A DNA stretch of 64,000 bases from Coriobacteriia bacterium (GCA_009783085.1 WRHU01000002.1:138019-202018), one strand, 5' to 3'; shown: positions 45,765 to 55,242, counted from the stretch's first letter. Notes: a model not told the origin generated them from the letters alone. Numbers and translations are program-made.

Positions 45765-48700
45765 CTAATTTGCTGTTTGGGCAGTCGCTTGGGTTGGGGT
45801 GGTCGCTTGGGTTGGCGTGGTCGCTTGGGTTGGGGTGGTCGCTTGGGTTGGCGTGGTCGCTTGGGTTGGGGTGGTCGCTTGGGTTGGCGTGGTCGCTTGG
45901 GTTGGCGCGCCCGTATATTCGCGAATAAATTCATCGGCTTCAGCTGCGGAAAGACGCATTTCCTGATAATGACCGTATGCCTCGGCAGTCACCTCTTCAA
46001 AAGCAGCATTTATCAGCGCAATTATATCTTTTGGAAGTTTCTTGGCAGCCTTAACAAGCGCCTTGTTCTTGGCGGCAAACTCCGCATTATAGCTCTTTGC
46101 ATCACCAACATTGTTGTCGAGAAGTGCCTCGTCAACCTTAAGCGCAAGCTCAACCGCCTCTTGCTTGAGAACCAAATAGGTAAAGTGCGGGCCATACCCT
46201 ACTTGAGGAAACGCCGCCTGCGCCTCGGTGAGCTTCTTTGATGCCTGAGTAAGTTTTTTGATGGCCTTGCGGTTGGTTTTTGCTGCCTCCTCAACCTGCG
46301 GCCTGCTTCCGCTTTCTCCCAGCTGAACCGCCTTCCGCATTGATTTATCGGCATCAAGCAGATTTTTCCAAGCTGCCTCAAAGGCTAAAAGGCTCGCGAG
46401 CGCTGCTGCATCCGTTTCAACAAGCACCGTGCCACTTTCAAGCGTGCTTTGCCGGTACTTGGCAGCGTCAAATACGTGCTGGGCAAGCTCTTTATCTTGC
46501 TCCGAATAGAACAGTTTTCCTGCTTTTTGTGCCTTTTCGCCCGCAAGTGCAAGGCTACTTTGAACGGCAACAACCTGCTCAAGCAAGGCCTGATGCTGAG
46601 AAAGACTGTCCTCGGTTATTTGCTCTTCGATTGCCTGATTGAACGAAACAAGAAAAGCATCGCTCTCCTGAATGAGCGCGATGGACTCGTCGAGAATTTG
46701 GTAGCCGTCGCGGCGCTGCTCGTCTATGAGTGCTGCCTTTTGATACAAAGCCCCGTAGGCGACAATTCCCGTAACAAGAATGGCAGACAAGAGCGCTGCA
46801 ATAACAAGGGGCCAGCGGCGACGTTTTTGCTCAGAAAGCTCCCCGTCTTCTAGTTCCTCGCCAAGAATAATGTCATCAGAGGCTCTGTCCTCGTCAATGT
46901 CTGTCCGTGAGAGCTTTTCTGTAAACGCCTTTGCGGACGAGGTTTTTTTGGTGACGGAGGCAGGCTTTGTGGTTGTTGTTGGCTGTGCTTGTGCTGCAAG
47001 CTCCATGGTTGGTTGCGGTGCGGTTTGCAGAGTTGGCTGCGTCATGGGTTGTGAGGTTTGCAGAGTTGGCTGCGTCATGGGTTGTGAGGTTTGAAATCCC
47101 GGTTGTTTTGTTGGCAGTGGTACTGGTGGTGCGCTCGGCGGTGTGGTCTGCGTTGGAGACTGCAGTGCCGGCTGTTTTGTTGCTTGCGCGGGACGCCTTA
47201 TCATAGGTTGCGGCGCAGGCTGTGCGAGGGTCTCGTTATTGTTGTCAAGTGCGTTGCTTGAGCCAAGGTTTTCTACCAACGTTCCAATCGAGCCCAGCAG
47301 GTCGTCGCCAAGTGCAACATTTGGCTGAGGCGCAGGCACGGCTGATGCTGGTACTGTTGGTGTGGACGGTGCTGGTACGGGCGCTGTTGGTGCGGGCACA
47401 GCTGGCGCAGGCGGTGCTGAGGTTGCTGCGGTTTCCGCTGGTGATGAGGCAGCTGGCACAGGCGTTGCTGGTGGTGCTGAGGCTGCTGCGGGCGCGACAG
47501 CTGGTGCTGCTGCTGGTGCTGCTGCGGTTGCGGCTGGTGCAGGGGGCACAGGCACCGTGGGGGGTGCCGACTCTGCAGTCGTGGTGGGCGCAGGTTCAGC
47601 TTGCTCAGAAGGCACAGCAGGCGCTACAGAAACGGATACGACTTGCTCAGCAGGCTCGACGGGCTCCGCAGGTGCAAGAGGCTCGGCAGGCTCGTCATAC
47701 GTCTCTGGTTCAGCAAAGCTGTCATCCAGCGTATCCTCAAGAAAATACTCCTCTTCGTCTTCCTCAGAAACGTGGGTGGCGTAGCGTCCCCTTACGGGAG
47801 TTTTGCTGGCGTGCTTGCCTCTTTTAATGTGCGCAGTTGTCAAAGGTTCGTCAAACTCATCGGCGAGGGGCCCTGACGCGTGTCTTCCCACAACGGGACC
47901 AGAACCGTGCTTGCCCGTAGGTGGTAAAAGCTCCTCTGACTCAGGCATTCCGTAATTTGGATCCAAAGCAGCTTGCCGTGGGTCAGACGCAGGCTGGTAT
48001 GCCTGTGGTGCCTGAGGTGGCGCTTGGGGTGACATCTGGGATGATGGTATCTGAGGCACTGCTTGGGGTGGTGGTGCCTGAGGAGGTGGCGCCTGAAACG
48101 ACCGAGAGGGGTCTGGTTTTTCGGGCGTATGATAGCTCGGCGGAACATAGTCTTGGTTCGAAGAAGAATACGGCATCTCTGATGCGCCGTAATACGTTTC
48201 CTTGTCGCCTGAAACAGCATCGTGAGTGGCAAAGCGTCCTTTTACGCGCTTGCTGGTGGTACGCCTGCCCTGCAGGGGAACCTGCGGATAGGGAGCTGCC
48301 TCGCGCGCGCGCGCAACAGGGGTAGGAGTGTTTTGCGTAATGGAGGCGGCGGCAGTGAGGCTCGTTTCTGGGTTCGCCTCAGCGCGCGCGCTCGCACCAG
48401 CACGAGCGTCGGCACGGGCATCGGCACGGGCATCGGTGCGCGTATCAGCACGAGCATCACCCCGAGCATCAGCGCGCGCGGTAACAACGGTACGTCTATC
48501 GCTTACCCGCTCCCCTTTTTGTTCTTCAGAAAAACTTCTCCCCAAAGCCTGACTTCCCCTCAAAGCCGCAGCTTCTGCTTGCTCCGCTTGAGCCTGCAGC
48601 GCTGCAGTAGTTTCCTCCCCCATAAGCTCTTTTGTGGCGTCTTTGCTCCCCCTGCCACCACCAAAAAGCTCTGTTGCTGTTTCTCTTACCCGAGCTGTTG

Positions 48701-48953
48701 TCGTTCTTATTTGCTCGTCAATTGCTCTATTTATGCCGGCATCATTTTTTGGTGCGCTTGTGGCAGCTCTGCCAGTAGTTACAGCCGCAGTTGCCGCTCC
48801 CTCAGCAACGCCTGCCGCTGATCGTTGGACAGCCTCAATAGCTTCGACCTCTTTTTCGGTCGCCCCTTGCGCGGCGCCTGCAGCTACCTCGGCATCCGCA
48901 AAAAGCTCGCCCACAATGGACTTTGGTGGTTTATGGGGCTTCTTTTTGTCCAT
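45765..48953 (-). CDS. Bitopic membrane protein: disordered N-terminal region of about 690 aa, one TM, helical C-terminal domain of about 340 aa, PTQATT x7 tail
   Basis: Long uninterrupted ORF with TM WPLVIAALLSAILVTGIVAYGALY. The start is taken at the ATG at 48953 (MDKKKPHK), 13 nt after the glmM stop. The track start at 48992 overlaps glmM. Confidence 0.72.
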   Translation of the reverse strand: MDKKKPHKPPKSIVGELFADAEVAAGAAQGATEKEVEAIEAVQRSAAGVAEGAATAAVTTGRAATSAPKNDAGINRAIDEQIRTTTARVRETATELFGGGRGSKDATKELMGEETTAALQAQAEQAEAAALRGSQALGRSFSEEQKGERVSDRRTVVTARADARGDARADTRTDARADARADARAGASARAEANPETSLTAAASITQNTPTPVARAREAAPYPQVPLQGRRTTSKRVKGRFATHDAVSGDKETYYGASEMPYSSSNQDYVPPSYHTPEKPDPSRSFQAPPPQAPPPQAVPQIPSSQMSPQAPPQAPQAYQPASDPRQAALDPNYGMPESEELLPPTGKHGSGPVVGRHASGPLADEFDEPLTTAHIKRGKHASKTPVRGRYATHVSEEDEEEYFLEDTLDDSFAEPETYDEPAEPLAPAEPVEPAEQVVSVSVAPAVPSEQAEPAPTTTAESAPPTVPVPPAPAATAAAPAAAPAVAPAAASAPPATPVPAASSPAETAATSAPPAPAVPAPTAPVPAPSTPTVPASAVPAPQPNVALGDDLLGSIGTLVENLGSSNALDNNNETLAQPAPQPMIRRPAQATKQPALQSPTQTTPPSAPPVPLPTKQPGFQTSQPMTQPTLQTSQPMTQPTLQTAPQPTMELAAQAQPTTTTKPASVTKKTSSAKAFTEKLSRTDIDEDRASDDIILGEELEDGELSEQKRRRWPLVIAALLSAILVTGIVAYGALYQKAALIDEQRRDGYQILDESIALIQESDAFLVSFNQAIEEQITEDSLSQHQALLEQVVAVQSSLALAGEKAQKAGKLFYSEQDKELAQHVFDAAKYRQSTLESGTVLVETDAAALASLLAFEAAWKNLLDADKSMRKAVQLGESGSRPQVEEAAKTNRKAIKKLTQASKKLTEAQAAFPQVGYGPHFTYLVLKQEAVELALKVDEALLDNNVGDAKSYNAEFAAKNKALVKAAKKLPKDIIALINAAFEEVTAEAYGHYQEMRLSAAEADEFIREYTGAPTQATTPTQATTPTQATTPTQATTPTQATTPTQATTPTQATAQTAN
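45784..45909. repeat. 18-bp x7 coding tandem repeat (PTQATT)
   Basis: gtcgcttgggttgg(g/c)gtg is repeated 7 times with alternating G/C at one position. Confidence 0.95.
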
Positions 48954-48966
48954 CTTTGACAAACCT

Positions 48967-50361
48967 TCAAGACAAATCCTTGGCGTCAGCACCGTAGCGA
49001 TGCTGTATTTCTGCCGCCAGTGCAGAAGCGTATTTTTGTGCGTCTGCCTCAGTGGCAGCCTCTACCATAACACGAATGAGTGGCTCTGTGCCAGAAGGAC
49101 GCACAAGAACGCGCCCGCCACCTGCCTCAGCAAGCTCCTCTTCAATAGCTGCAATGCTCTTGGCAAGCTCGGTGTCTTCGCCAAGGTCAATGTGGGCAAC
49201 CTCATCTTTTGATTTTCCCAGATGAACGTTGATAAGCTCCTGCGGATACTTGCGCATAACCTGCGCCAGCTCCTCAAGGCTTTTGCCCTGCGATTTCATA
49301 ATGGCAAGAATTTGGAGAGCCGTAATAAGTCCGTCTCCCGTAGTGTTGTGCTCAAGAAATATCATGTGGCCGCTTTGCTCGCCGCCGAGCACATAACCAC
49401 CCTCGCGCATTGCTGCAAGTACGTTGCTGTCGCCTACCGCTGTTTGCACCACCTTGATGCCTTGTTCGGCGGCAGCTTTAGTAAACCCGAGATTGCACAT
49501 CACGGTACTCACCACGGTATTATCAGGAAGCGCGTTGCGTTCAAGCAAGTCGCACGCGCAAATCATTTCAATAAAATCGCCGTCAATTTCGTTGCCGTGG
49601 GCATCTATGGCAATAACCCTGTCGGCATCGCCATCGTGGGCTATGCCGATATCAGCCTTCGAAAAAGCCACCAGTTGTTTAATTTGGTCAAGATGAGTTG
49701 AGCCACAACCAACATTGATGTCGTTGCCGTCAAAGCTCGTGTTAATTGACGACACTTTTGCCTTGAGCCGCGCAAGCGCCTGAGGCGTTGTAAGCGCTGC
49801 TGCGCCATGCCCGCAGTCCACCGCAACACGAAGCCCCTTGAGATTTTCAACGCGCGGCGTAATGCTTTCAAGCGCGTGCGTAATATAGCGTTCCGCAGCA
49901 TCAGGAATGGGATACACCCTGCCTATCTCGGTGCTGCCTGCAAGAGCAGCCTCAAGAGTGTTTTTGTTTTCAAGCAGCTCATGGAGGCGTTTTTCTATTC
50001 TCTCCTCAAGTTCAGGGCTCGGCTTAAAACCGCCCGCGTCAAAAAACTTTATGCCGTTGTATTCGGGGGGGTTGTGAGAGGCGCTGATAACTGCTCCGCC
50101 TGCTGCTTCAAAAGCACGCATAAGATAAGACACCGCTGGAGTGGGAACAATGCCTGCCGTCATAGCATCGCCGCCTGCTGCGGTAATGCCAGAGATAAGT
50201 GCCGCTTCAAGCATTGCGCCGCTGCGTCGGGTATCGCGCCCAACAATTATGCGCCCCTTAAAGGTTTCTGCGGCAACAACACCGAGCGCAAAAGCAAGCT
50301 CGCAGGTCAATTCTTTATTTACAACGCCGCGAACGCCGTCGGTGCCAAAGTAACGTGTCAT
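48967..50361 (-). CDS. glmM: Phosphoglucosamine mutase
   Basis: YFGTDGVRG N-terminus and phosphoserine motif SASHNPPEYNGIKFF. Confidence 0.96.
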   Translation of the reverse strand: MTRYFGTDGVRGVVNKELTCELAFALGVVAAETFKGRIIVGRDTRRSGAMLEAALISGITAAGGDAMTAGIVPTPAVSYLMRAFEAAGGAVISASHNPPEYNGIKFFDAGGFKPSPELEERIEKRLHELLENKNTLEAALAGSTEIGRVYPIPDAAERYITHALESITPRVENLKGLRVAVDCGHGAAALTTPQALARLKAKVSSINTSFDGNDINVGCGSTHLDQIKQLVAFSKADIGIAHDGDADRVIAIDAHGNEIDGDFIEMICACDLLERNALPDNTVVSTVMCNLGFTKAAAEQGIKVVQTAVGDSNVLAAMREGGYVLGGEQSGHMIFLEHNTTGDGLITALQILAIMKSQGKSLEELAQVMRKYPQELINVHLGKSKDEVAHIDLGEDTELAKSIAAIEEELAEAGGGRVLVRPSGTEPLIRVMVEAATEADAQKYASALAAEIQHRYGADAKDLS

Positions 50362-50594
50362 ACGGCTGACCCTTCATGGTTTTCAAATACTGATGTTGTC
50401 AGTGGTGGTGCTCAAGGTACCAATACTGGTGCTGGTAGTAGTTGCCAGTGGTGGTACTCGTGTTGCCAACAATGTTGCCGACAGTAGTGCCAATAACAGT
50501 GTCAGTGGTGGTGCGAGCAGAGCCCGCCACACGCGGCAGGCTCTGCAAAGTTGCCCCTAAAGAAACTTGAAAGGTAGGGGCCACCCTCCTTGTA

Positions 50595-50987
50595 TTAACG
50601 CTTGGAGAACTGCGGACGCTTACGAGCTTTTTTAAGGCCATACTTTTTGCGCTCAACCATACGTGAGTCGCGTGTCAAAAAGCCTGCTCGTTTGAGCTCA
50701 GCACGGTAATCGCCTGCTGTAAGTAAGGCACGTGCAATACCATGACGCAGTGCGCCAGCTTGCCCAGAAACGCCGCCGCCCGTTGCGCGAGCGATAACGT
50801 CAAAGTGGTCGGTTGTATCCGTCACCTTAAAAGGAGTGAGCGCATAGTTGAGCAATGCCTCACGTCCAAAGTAGTCTTTGCCATCGCGGCCATTTACGGT
50901 TACCTTGCCCGAACCTGGAACAAGGCGCACGCGCATAATCGCGTTCTTGCGACGACCTACTCCTAAATAGATTGCTTCATTTGCCAT
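50595..50987 (-). CDS. rpsI: 30S ribosomal protein S9
   Basis: 130 aa with the C-terminal [12 protein letters not shown] signature. Confidence 0.97.
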   Translation of the reverse strand: MANEAIYLGVGRRKNAIMRVRLVPGSGKVTVNGRDGKDYFGREALLNYALTPFKVTDTTDHFDVIARATGGGVSGQAGALRHGIARALLTAGDYRAELKRAGFLTRDSRMVERKKYGLKKARKRPQFSKR

Positions 50988-50990
50988 GAA

Positions 50991-51425
50991 TTAACCCTCC
51001 AGCTTTATTTCTTGCGGATTCTGCGCTTGATGCGGATGCTCCGCACCAGCGTAAACCTTGAGCTTCTTGCCCTGAGCACGTCCCAGCGTGTTCTTGGGAA
51101 GCATACCCTTAACGGCGCGCTCAATAACGCGCTCGGGGTGACGCTCCATCGCACGGCTAAAGGGCTCCTCTTTGAGGCCCCCGGGATAGCCGCTGTGCGA
51201 GTAATACATCTTATCGGTCGCTTTTGCGCCGGTAACTTTAATTTTGCTTGCATTTACGATAACCACAAAATCACCCGTGTCAATGTGAGGGGTGTACTGC
51301 GGTTTGTGTTTGCCTTTAAGGATTTGAGCAGCAGCCGATGCTACGCGACCCAATATTTGGTCGGTCGCGTCAATCAAGACCCACGCGCGCTCTACCTCGC
51401 CTGGCTTGGCCTGGTAAGTCTTCAC
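50991..51425 (-). CDS. rplM: 50S ribosomal protein L13
   Basis: [19 protein letters not shown]...[13 protein letters not shown] start preceded by GGAGGA. Confidence 0.97.
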   Translation of the reverse strand: MKTYQAKPGEVERAWVLIDATDQILGRVASAAAQILKGKHKPQYTPHIDTGDFVVIVNASKIKVTGAKATDKMYYSHSGYPGGLKEEPFSRAMERHPERVIERAVKGMLPKNTLGRAQGKKLKVYAGAEHPHQAQNPQEIKLEG

Positions 51426-51558
51426 GAATAATCCTCCATAGAGTGCTTTCTACTGAGACAGCGATTGTGCTTGCAACCTGGACCGAAGCTTGCACGAGGT
51501 CTCTGCCTCACCGTTACGGTTCTCAAAGTTTCACGGGGCTTTGAAAACGAACCCTCAA

Positions 51559-51587
51559 ATTATATATGCATGAGCCAATAAACGCAA
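51559..51587 (-). promoter_or_regulatory. rplM-rpsI promoter
   Basis: On the minus strand: TTGCGT (51587-51582), 17-nt spacer, TATAAT (51564-51559). Phased T/A tracts lie directly upstream (51598-51646). Confidence 0.7.
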
Positions 51588-51660
51588 GCATAGAAACGGG
51601 TTTTTTGGGGTTTTTAGGGTTTTTTGGTTTTTGCGCCTTATTTTTGACCTGCCTGGCTCC

Positions 51661-53460
51661 TTAGCCAAACAAATCGCCAATGGCGCCCGTCTGTGCAAGG
51701 AAGATTACAAAGAGTATCTGAATGATAACAACAGCCGCAATCGCACCATAGAAAGTCCCTTTGCTGATGTCTGTCTCTTCTTCTTCCTCGTTGGCGCTTG
51801 AGAGCTGAGCCTGTGGTACTGAGACATACTCGACTGCAGGAGCTGTAGTTATCCCTGCTGTGTCGGTTGTAAATCCAGTAGTACCAAATCCAGCTGCGCC
51901 AGCGGCGGCAGGTGCAAGAACACCTTCTTGCGCGCCAATATTCGTACCGATGCCCTCGGTCATGAGTCGCACAAAGTCAAGCTCTGCCATTTGAGAGGCT
52001 TGGGGGTCTTGCGAGTAATCGACCGTTGAAGCAGTTTGCGCGTAGGGAGCATACGGAGAGCCCTGCAGATAGCTCGCTGCCGGTGTATAGGATTGCTGAG
52101 CTGCTTGCGGTACACCTTGTGCGTAGGTCACCAGTGAGCCGTCTGGCTGAACGTAGGTGAGCGGTTGTCCATAGGATTGCTGAGGAGCGGGCGCATAGCC
52201 AATAATTGAGCCGTCTGGCTGCTGCACGTAGGTAATTTGGTCTTGGGCATAAGCAACATCTTGGGCATAAGCAACGGGCTGCACCAACGGCTGCTGGTAT
52301 ACCTGCGTTGCATTTTGAGGTTGATAGAAGTTTCCAGCGTCAATGCCTTCAACAACGGTGCCCTCAAAGAGTGTGCCTTCAGCAGGCGGCGTGGTTGCTT
52401 CCATAACAGAGGTAGCGTCAAACGAAACCTCAGGCTGCGGAATAACTATTGCTGCAGCTGCAGCTGCGGCGGCCTCTGCGGGCGTAATGTCTTGGGGTGC
52501 AACCTCAAACTCAGGAGCATCGAGTATGAGAGCCGAAGTATCAAGTCCAATCGTGGAGCTTGAAATTTGGTCTACGGTGATTTTGGAGGGGGTTTCTCCC
52601 TCGAGCTTTATCTCAACATCAAGGTTTTCCTTAACGCTGGGCTCAGAGCCGTCAATCTTAACTTCAATCTTAGCAAGAGCGTCATCGTCAGCTTCGCGTC
52701 CCTTGTCGTTTACGTGCGAAAGCTCAACGAGCAAATCAGCTATAGAGGGCGGGGTATCGGAGAGCGGGGTATCGGGGAGCGACACGTCAACAGCGGAAGC
52801 CTCAACAGAAACCTCAATTTCAGCCTCGGTTTTAGGCGTTGACTTTCCGCCTACCGCAGCAGCAATATCCTTGAATACCGACGAGAAACGCGACGAAAGC
52901 TGGGGTGCAGGTGTAGTTTCAACTGTTGCCGTGGCAGTGCCAGGAATAATTTCGATAGCAGGTTTTTCTTCAAAGCCAAAATCAACAGCAGGCTTTACAT
53001 CAATGTCTACAAGGGTAGCAACAGGAGCAGAAACAGCGCTAACCGTGCCAACCGCAGCCGCAGCTTCAACGCCAGCAGCACCAACGGCATCAGCTACCTC
53101 AGCAGCAGCAGCAACCGCACCTCTTGGAGCAAAGCCGGTGTCGGGCAGGGGCTCGGCATCCATTACCGTAGTAATCTTGGCAGCAGAATCCGTGCTGATA
53201 AGTGCTTCTGCCTCAAGCACCGCAATCGGGGTGGTTGAAACCCCCACAATATGTGAAGGAACAGGAGCTGGCATGCTCCCAACGGAGAAAGAATCAGTTA
53301 TAACTGACGAGCTAACCTCTTTGAGAACGTCACCAATCTGACCCTTGATTTGAAAGTCAAGGCCCATAAAGGTGTCGTTAGAAAAGAAATCATCGCTAAA
53401 CAATCCGGTCTCAGAAGCTTTGATATCGGATCCGACTAGTGTCAAAAGGTCTTCCGCCAT
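51661..53460 (-). CDS. Tail-anchored, largely disordered Ala/Pro/Gln-rich protein
   Basis: 599-codon ORF with a single C-terminal TM (FYGAIAAVVIIQILFVIFLAQTGAI) 10 aa from the end. It lies 25 nt downstream of the bactofilin gene. Confidence 0.7.
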   Translation of the reverse strand: MAEDLLTLVGSDIKASETGLFSDDFFSNDTFMGLDFQIKGQIGDVLKEVSSSVITDSFSVGSMPAPVPSHIVGVSTTPIAVLEAEALISTDSAAKITTVMDAEPLPDTGFAPRGAVAAAAEVADAVGAAGVEAAAAVGTVSAVSAPVATLVDIDVKPAVDFGFEEKPAIEIIPGTATATVETTPAPQLSSRFSSVFKDIAAAVGGKSTPKTEAEIEVSVEASAVDVSLPDTPLSDTPPSIADLLVELSHVNDKGREADDDALAKIEVKIDGSEPSVKENLDVEIKLEGETPSKITVDQISSSTIGLDTSALILDAPEFEVAPQDITPAEAAAAAAAAIVIPQPEVSFDATSVMEATTPPAEGTLFEGTVVEGIDAGNFYQPQNATQVYQQPLVQPVAYAQDVAYAQDQITYVQQPDGSIIGYAPAPQQSYGQPLTYVQPDGSLVTYAQGVPQAAQQSYTPAASYLQGSPYAPYAQTASTVDYSQDPQASQMAELDFVRLMTEGIGTNIGAQEGVLAPAAAGAAGFGTTGFTTDTAGITTAPAVEYVSVPQAQLSSANEEEEETDISKGTFYGAIAAVVIIQILFVIFLAQTGAIGDLFG

Positions 53461-53485
53461 TCATGTCCCCTTCGGAAAAGTCAAT

Positions 53486-54262
53486 CTAAACAATTTCTTC
53501 GAAGGGTGCTTCCAAGTCTCCCTCAATAAGAGTGCGGACTGTGCCGTTGAGAACCGCACCCGGCTCAACAGCAAGAGAAGCAGCGGTTACATCGCCAAGA
53601 CAATAGGAGTGGCTACGCAGAACAACAACGCTCTCTGCATCGATATTACCCCTTACCTTGCCATCAAAGATAACATTTTTTGTGCTTACGTCACCGTCGA
53701 TAACAGACGTATCGTTGACGATAACACCTTGCTCGGCTTTCAGATTGCCGCGCACGCGACTATCGTAAAGACCAATCTTCTCACCATCAATGTTGCCACG
53801 AACCTGTCCGTGAACAGCAACGTCACCTTCTGCAGCAATGTTGCCACGAACCTTACCGATAACATCAATGTGTCCCTCGGTGGTCATGTCGCCAAAAACC
53901 GTGAGGTCGTGTGCGATGATGGAAATGCCTTTTTCTGGAATTTCCTCGGCAGGAATGCTTTGCGCGCCTCCGTCATCATCAGTAGCAACAGAAGTTGCAA
54001 GGGTTGAGGAGCCAAACGTCGCATCTGCCGACACCGTGCCAGCATAAGGACTTGCAGGCTCCGCAGCCACGGCCGCAGCAGTAGCGGCAGCAACAGCGTC
54101 TGCTTGGTCGTTCGAACCAAAGCTGCCCTCAACGCTTGCAGCATAAGAACTGGTCTGGTACGCAGTCTGGTACGCAGGCTCAGGCATGCTTTCAGGCGTA
54201 GCGGGTTGGGGCTCGAAGGAATTGCTATCCCCAGCGTTAAAATAAGTGTTTCTCTCGTCCAT
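53486..54262 (-). CDS. Bactofilin family cytoskeletal protein with disordered N-terminal region
   Basis: Beta-helical repeat pattern G(D/N)(I/V)xxxGxVxVxGxVxGNI in residues 130-250 or so (FGDMTTEGHIDVIGKVRGNIAAEGDVAVHGQVRGNIDGE...). Confidence 0.85.
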   Translation of the reverse strand: MDERNTYFNAGDSNSFEPQPATPESMPEPAYQTAYQTSSYAASVEGSFGSNDQADAVAAATAAAVAAEPASPYAGTVSADATFGSSTLATSVATDDDGGAQSIPAEEIPEKGISIIAHDLTVFGDMTTEGHIDVIGKVRGNIAAEGDVAVHGQVRGNIDGEKIGLYDSRVRGNLKAEQGVIVNDTSVIDGDVSTKNVIFDGKVRGNIDAESVVVLRSHSYCLGDVTAASLAVEPGAVLNGTVRTLIEGDLEAPFEEIV

Positions 54263-54474
54263 GTTTTATCCGTTCCATGAATCGTACATACAACAAACTA
54301 AGGGCTTGCGCCCATATATATCCATCGCTATTGTACCTCACCTGCCATAGTTCGCACAATGGGAAATCTCAATTTTTTGGTGCAAATGGCAATTTGGGGG
54401 TACTTTTTGCACTAAATGAGGATAGATAGGGGGCATTTTGTGGTTTTTAGGGGATTTTGAGGGGTTTTAGGGGG

Positions 54475-54518
54475 TCAAAACGACAGCAGCCTCTCCAAAG
54501 GTCAACGAGGCTGCTGTC
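54475..54518 (-). terminator. Terminator of the small lipoprotein gene
   Basis: A 12-bp perfect stem (gacagcagcctc / gaggctgctgtc) is followed on the minus strand by GUUUUGA. Confidence 0.7.
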
Positions 54519-54554
54519 AAACACTTTTAGGTTCTCTAAATGCCAGCTTACGAA

Positions 54555-54965
54555 CTACTTGGGTACCGGCAGCGTTCCCAATCTTTCTTTGTTGTTGCTG
54601 TAGATGATAACCTCATCTTTTTCGCGATCCCACAAGAACACGGGCGTTGTGTTGCGCTCCTCCGTTGCAGGAAGCGCACCAATGACGTTGTAGTTGCGCA
54701 CGCCATCTTCTTCTATCTTCTTACGAGCTTCGGCAAACGTGTAGTTGATAATCGCTTGCTTGCGGCTATCTGACAGATTTTCCCAATCAACGTCCTCGTT
54801 AAGATACGCCGTGTAGTTGGTGAAGGGAACTTCTCCCACTTTCTGGTTTTGAGATTTAATCTCCTTGACTTCACTCGGAGCCCCACCAAAACAGCCCGTT
54901 AGCGCGAGAGGAGCGCCCAGAGCCAATACCAGAGCCACGGTAACTGCAACGATCTTTTTCTTCAT
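54555..54965 (-). CDS. Small lipoprotein, unknown function
   Basis: Signal peptide with lipobox LALTGC. 136 aa. Confidence 0.75.
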   Translation of the reverse strand: MKKKIVAVTVALVLALGAPLALTGCFGGAPSEVKEIKSQNQKVGEVPFTNYTAYLNEDVDWENLSDSRKQAIINYTFAEARKKIEEDGVRNYNVIGALPATEERNTTPVFLWDREKDEVIIYSNNKERLGTLPVPK

Positions 54966-55242
54966 GTTTTACCTCACTTTGTAACATTGCCAACAGTTGT
55001 ACTAACAATTTGTATACCACCAGTTTACACATTTAGGCAAGCGCTAAGTTTACGGTTCGTCCTCAACAAACAAACGCCTGTTTAACTTGCAAAACGTGCC
55101 TTTTTGGCTTGTTTTGGAGCTTGGCGAAGGTCGCAGGAGGACATTGTCTGCGCTTTTGTACGCAGTTTTGCGTCTAACCCTTTGTGCAGCTTATTATTTT
55201 ACCTTATTTGTGCTTTTGAAAGGCGGAGAAGGTGCGGGTTGA

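Noticed and set aside
45728-45934. 68-aa ORF encoding PRQPKRP repeats
   Set aside because: This is an alternative frame of the 18-bp PTQATT coding repeat at the end of the 1062-aa gene; it is a repeat-generated artefact.
50399-50656. 85-aa ORF from the track as a conventional gene
   Set aside because: Its 5' third overlaps the rpsI coding end in another frame. Only the part downstream of rpsI is discussed, as a speculative sORF, in the findings.
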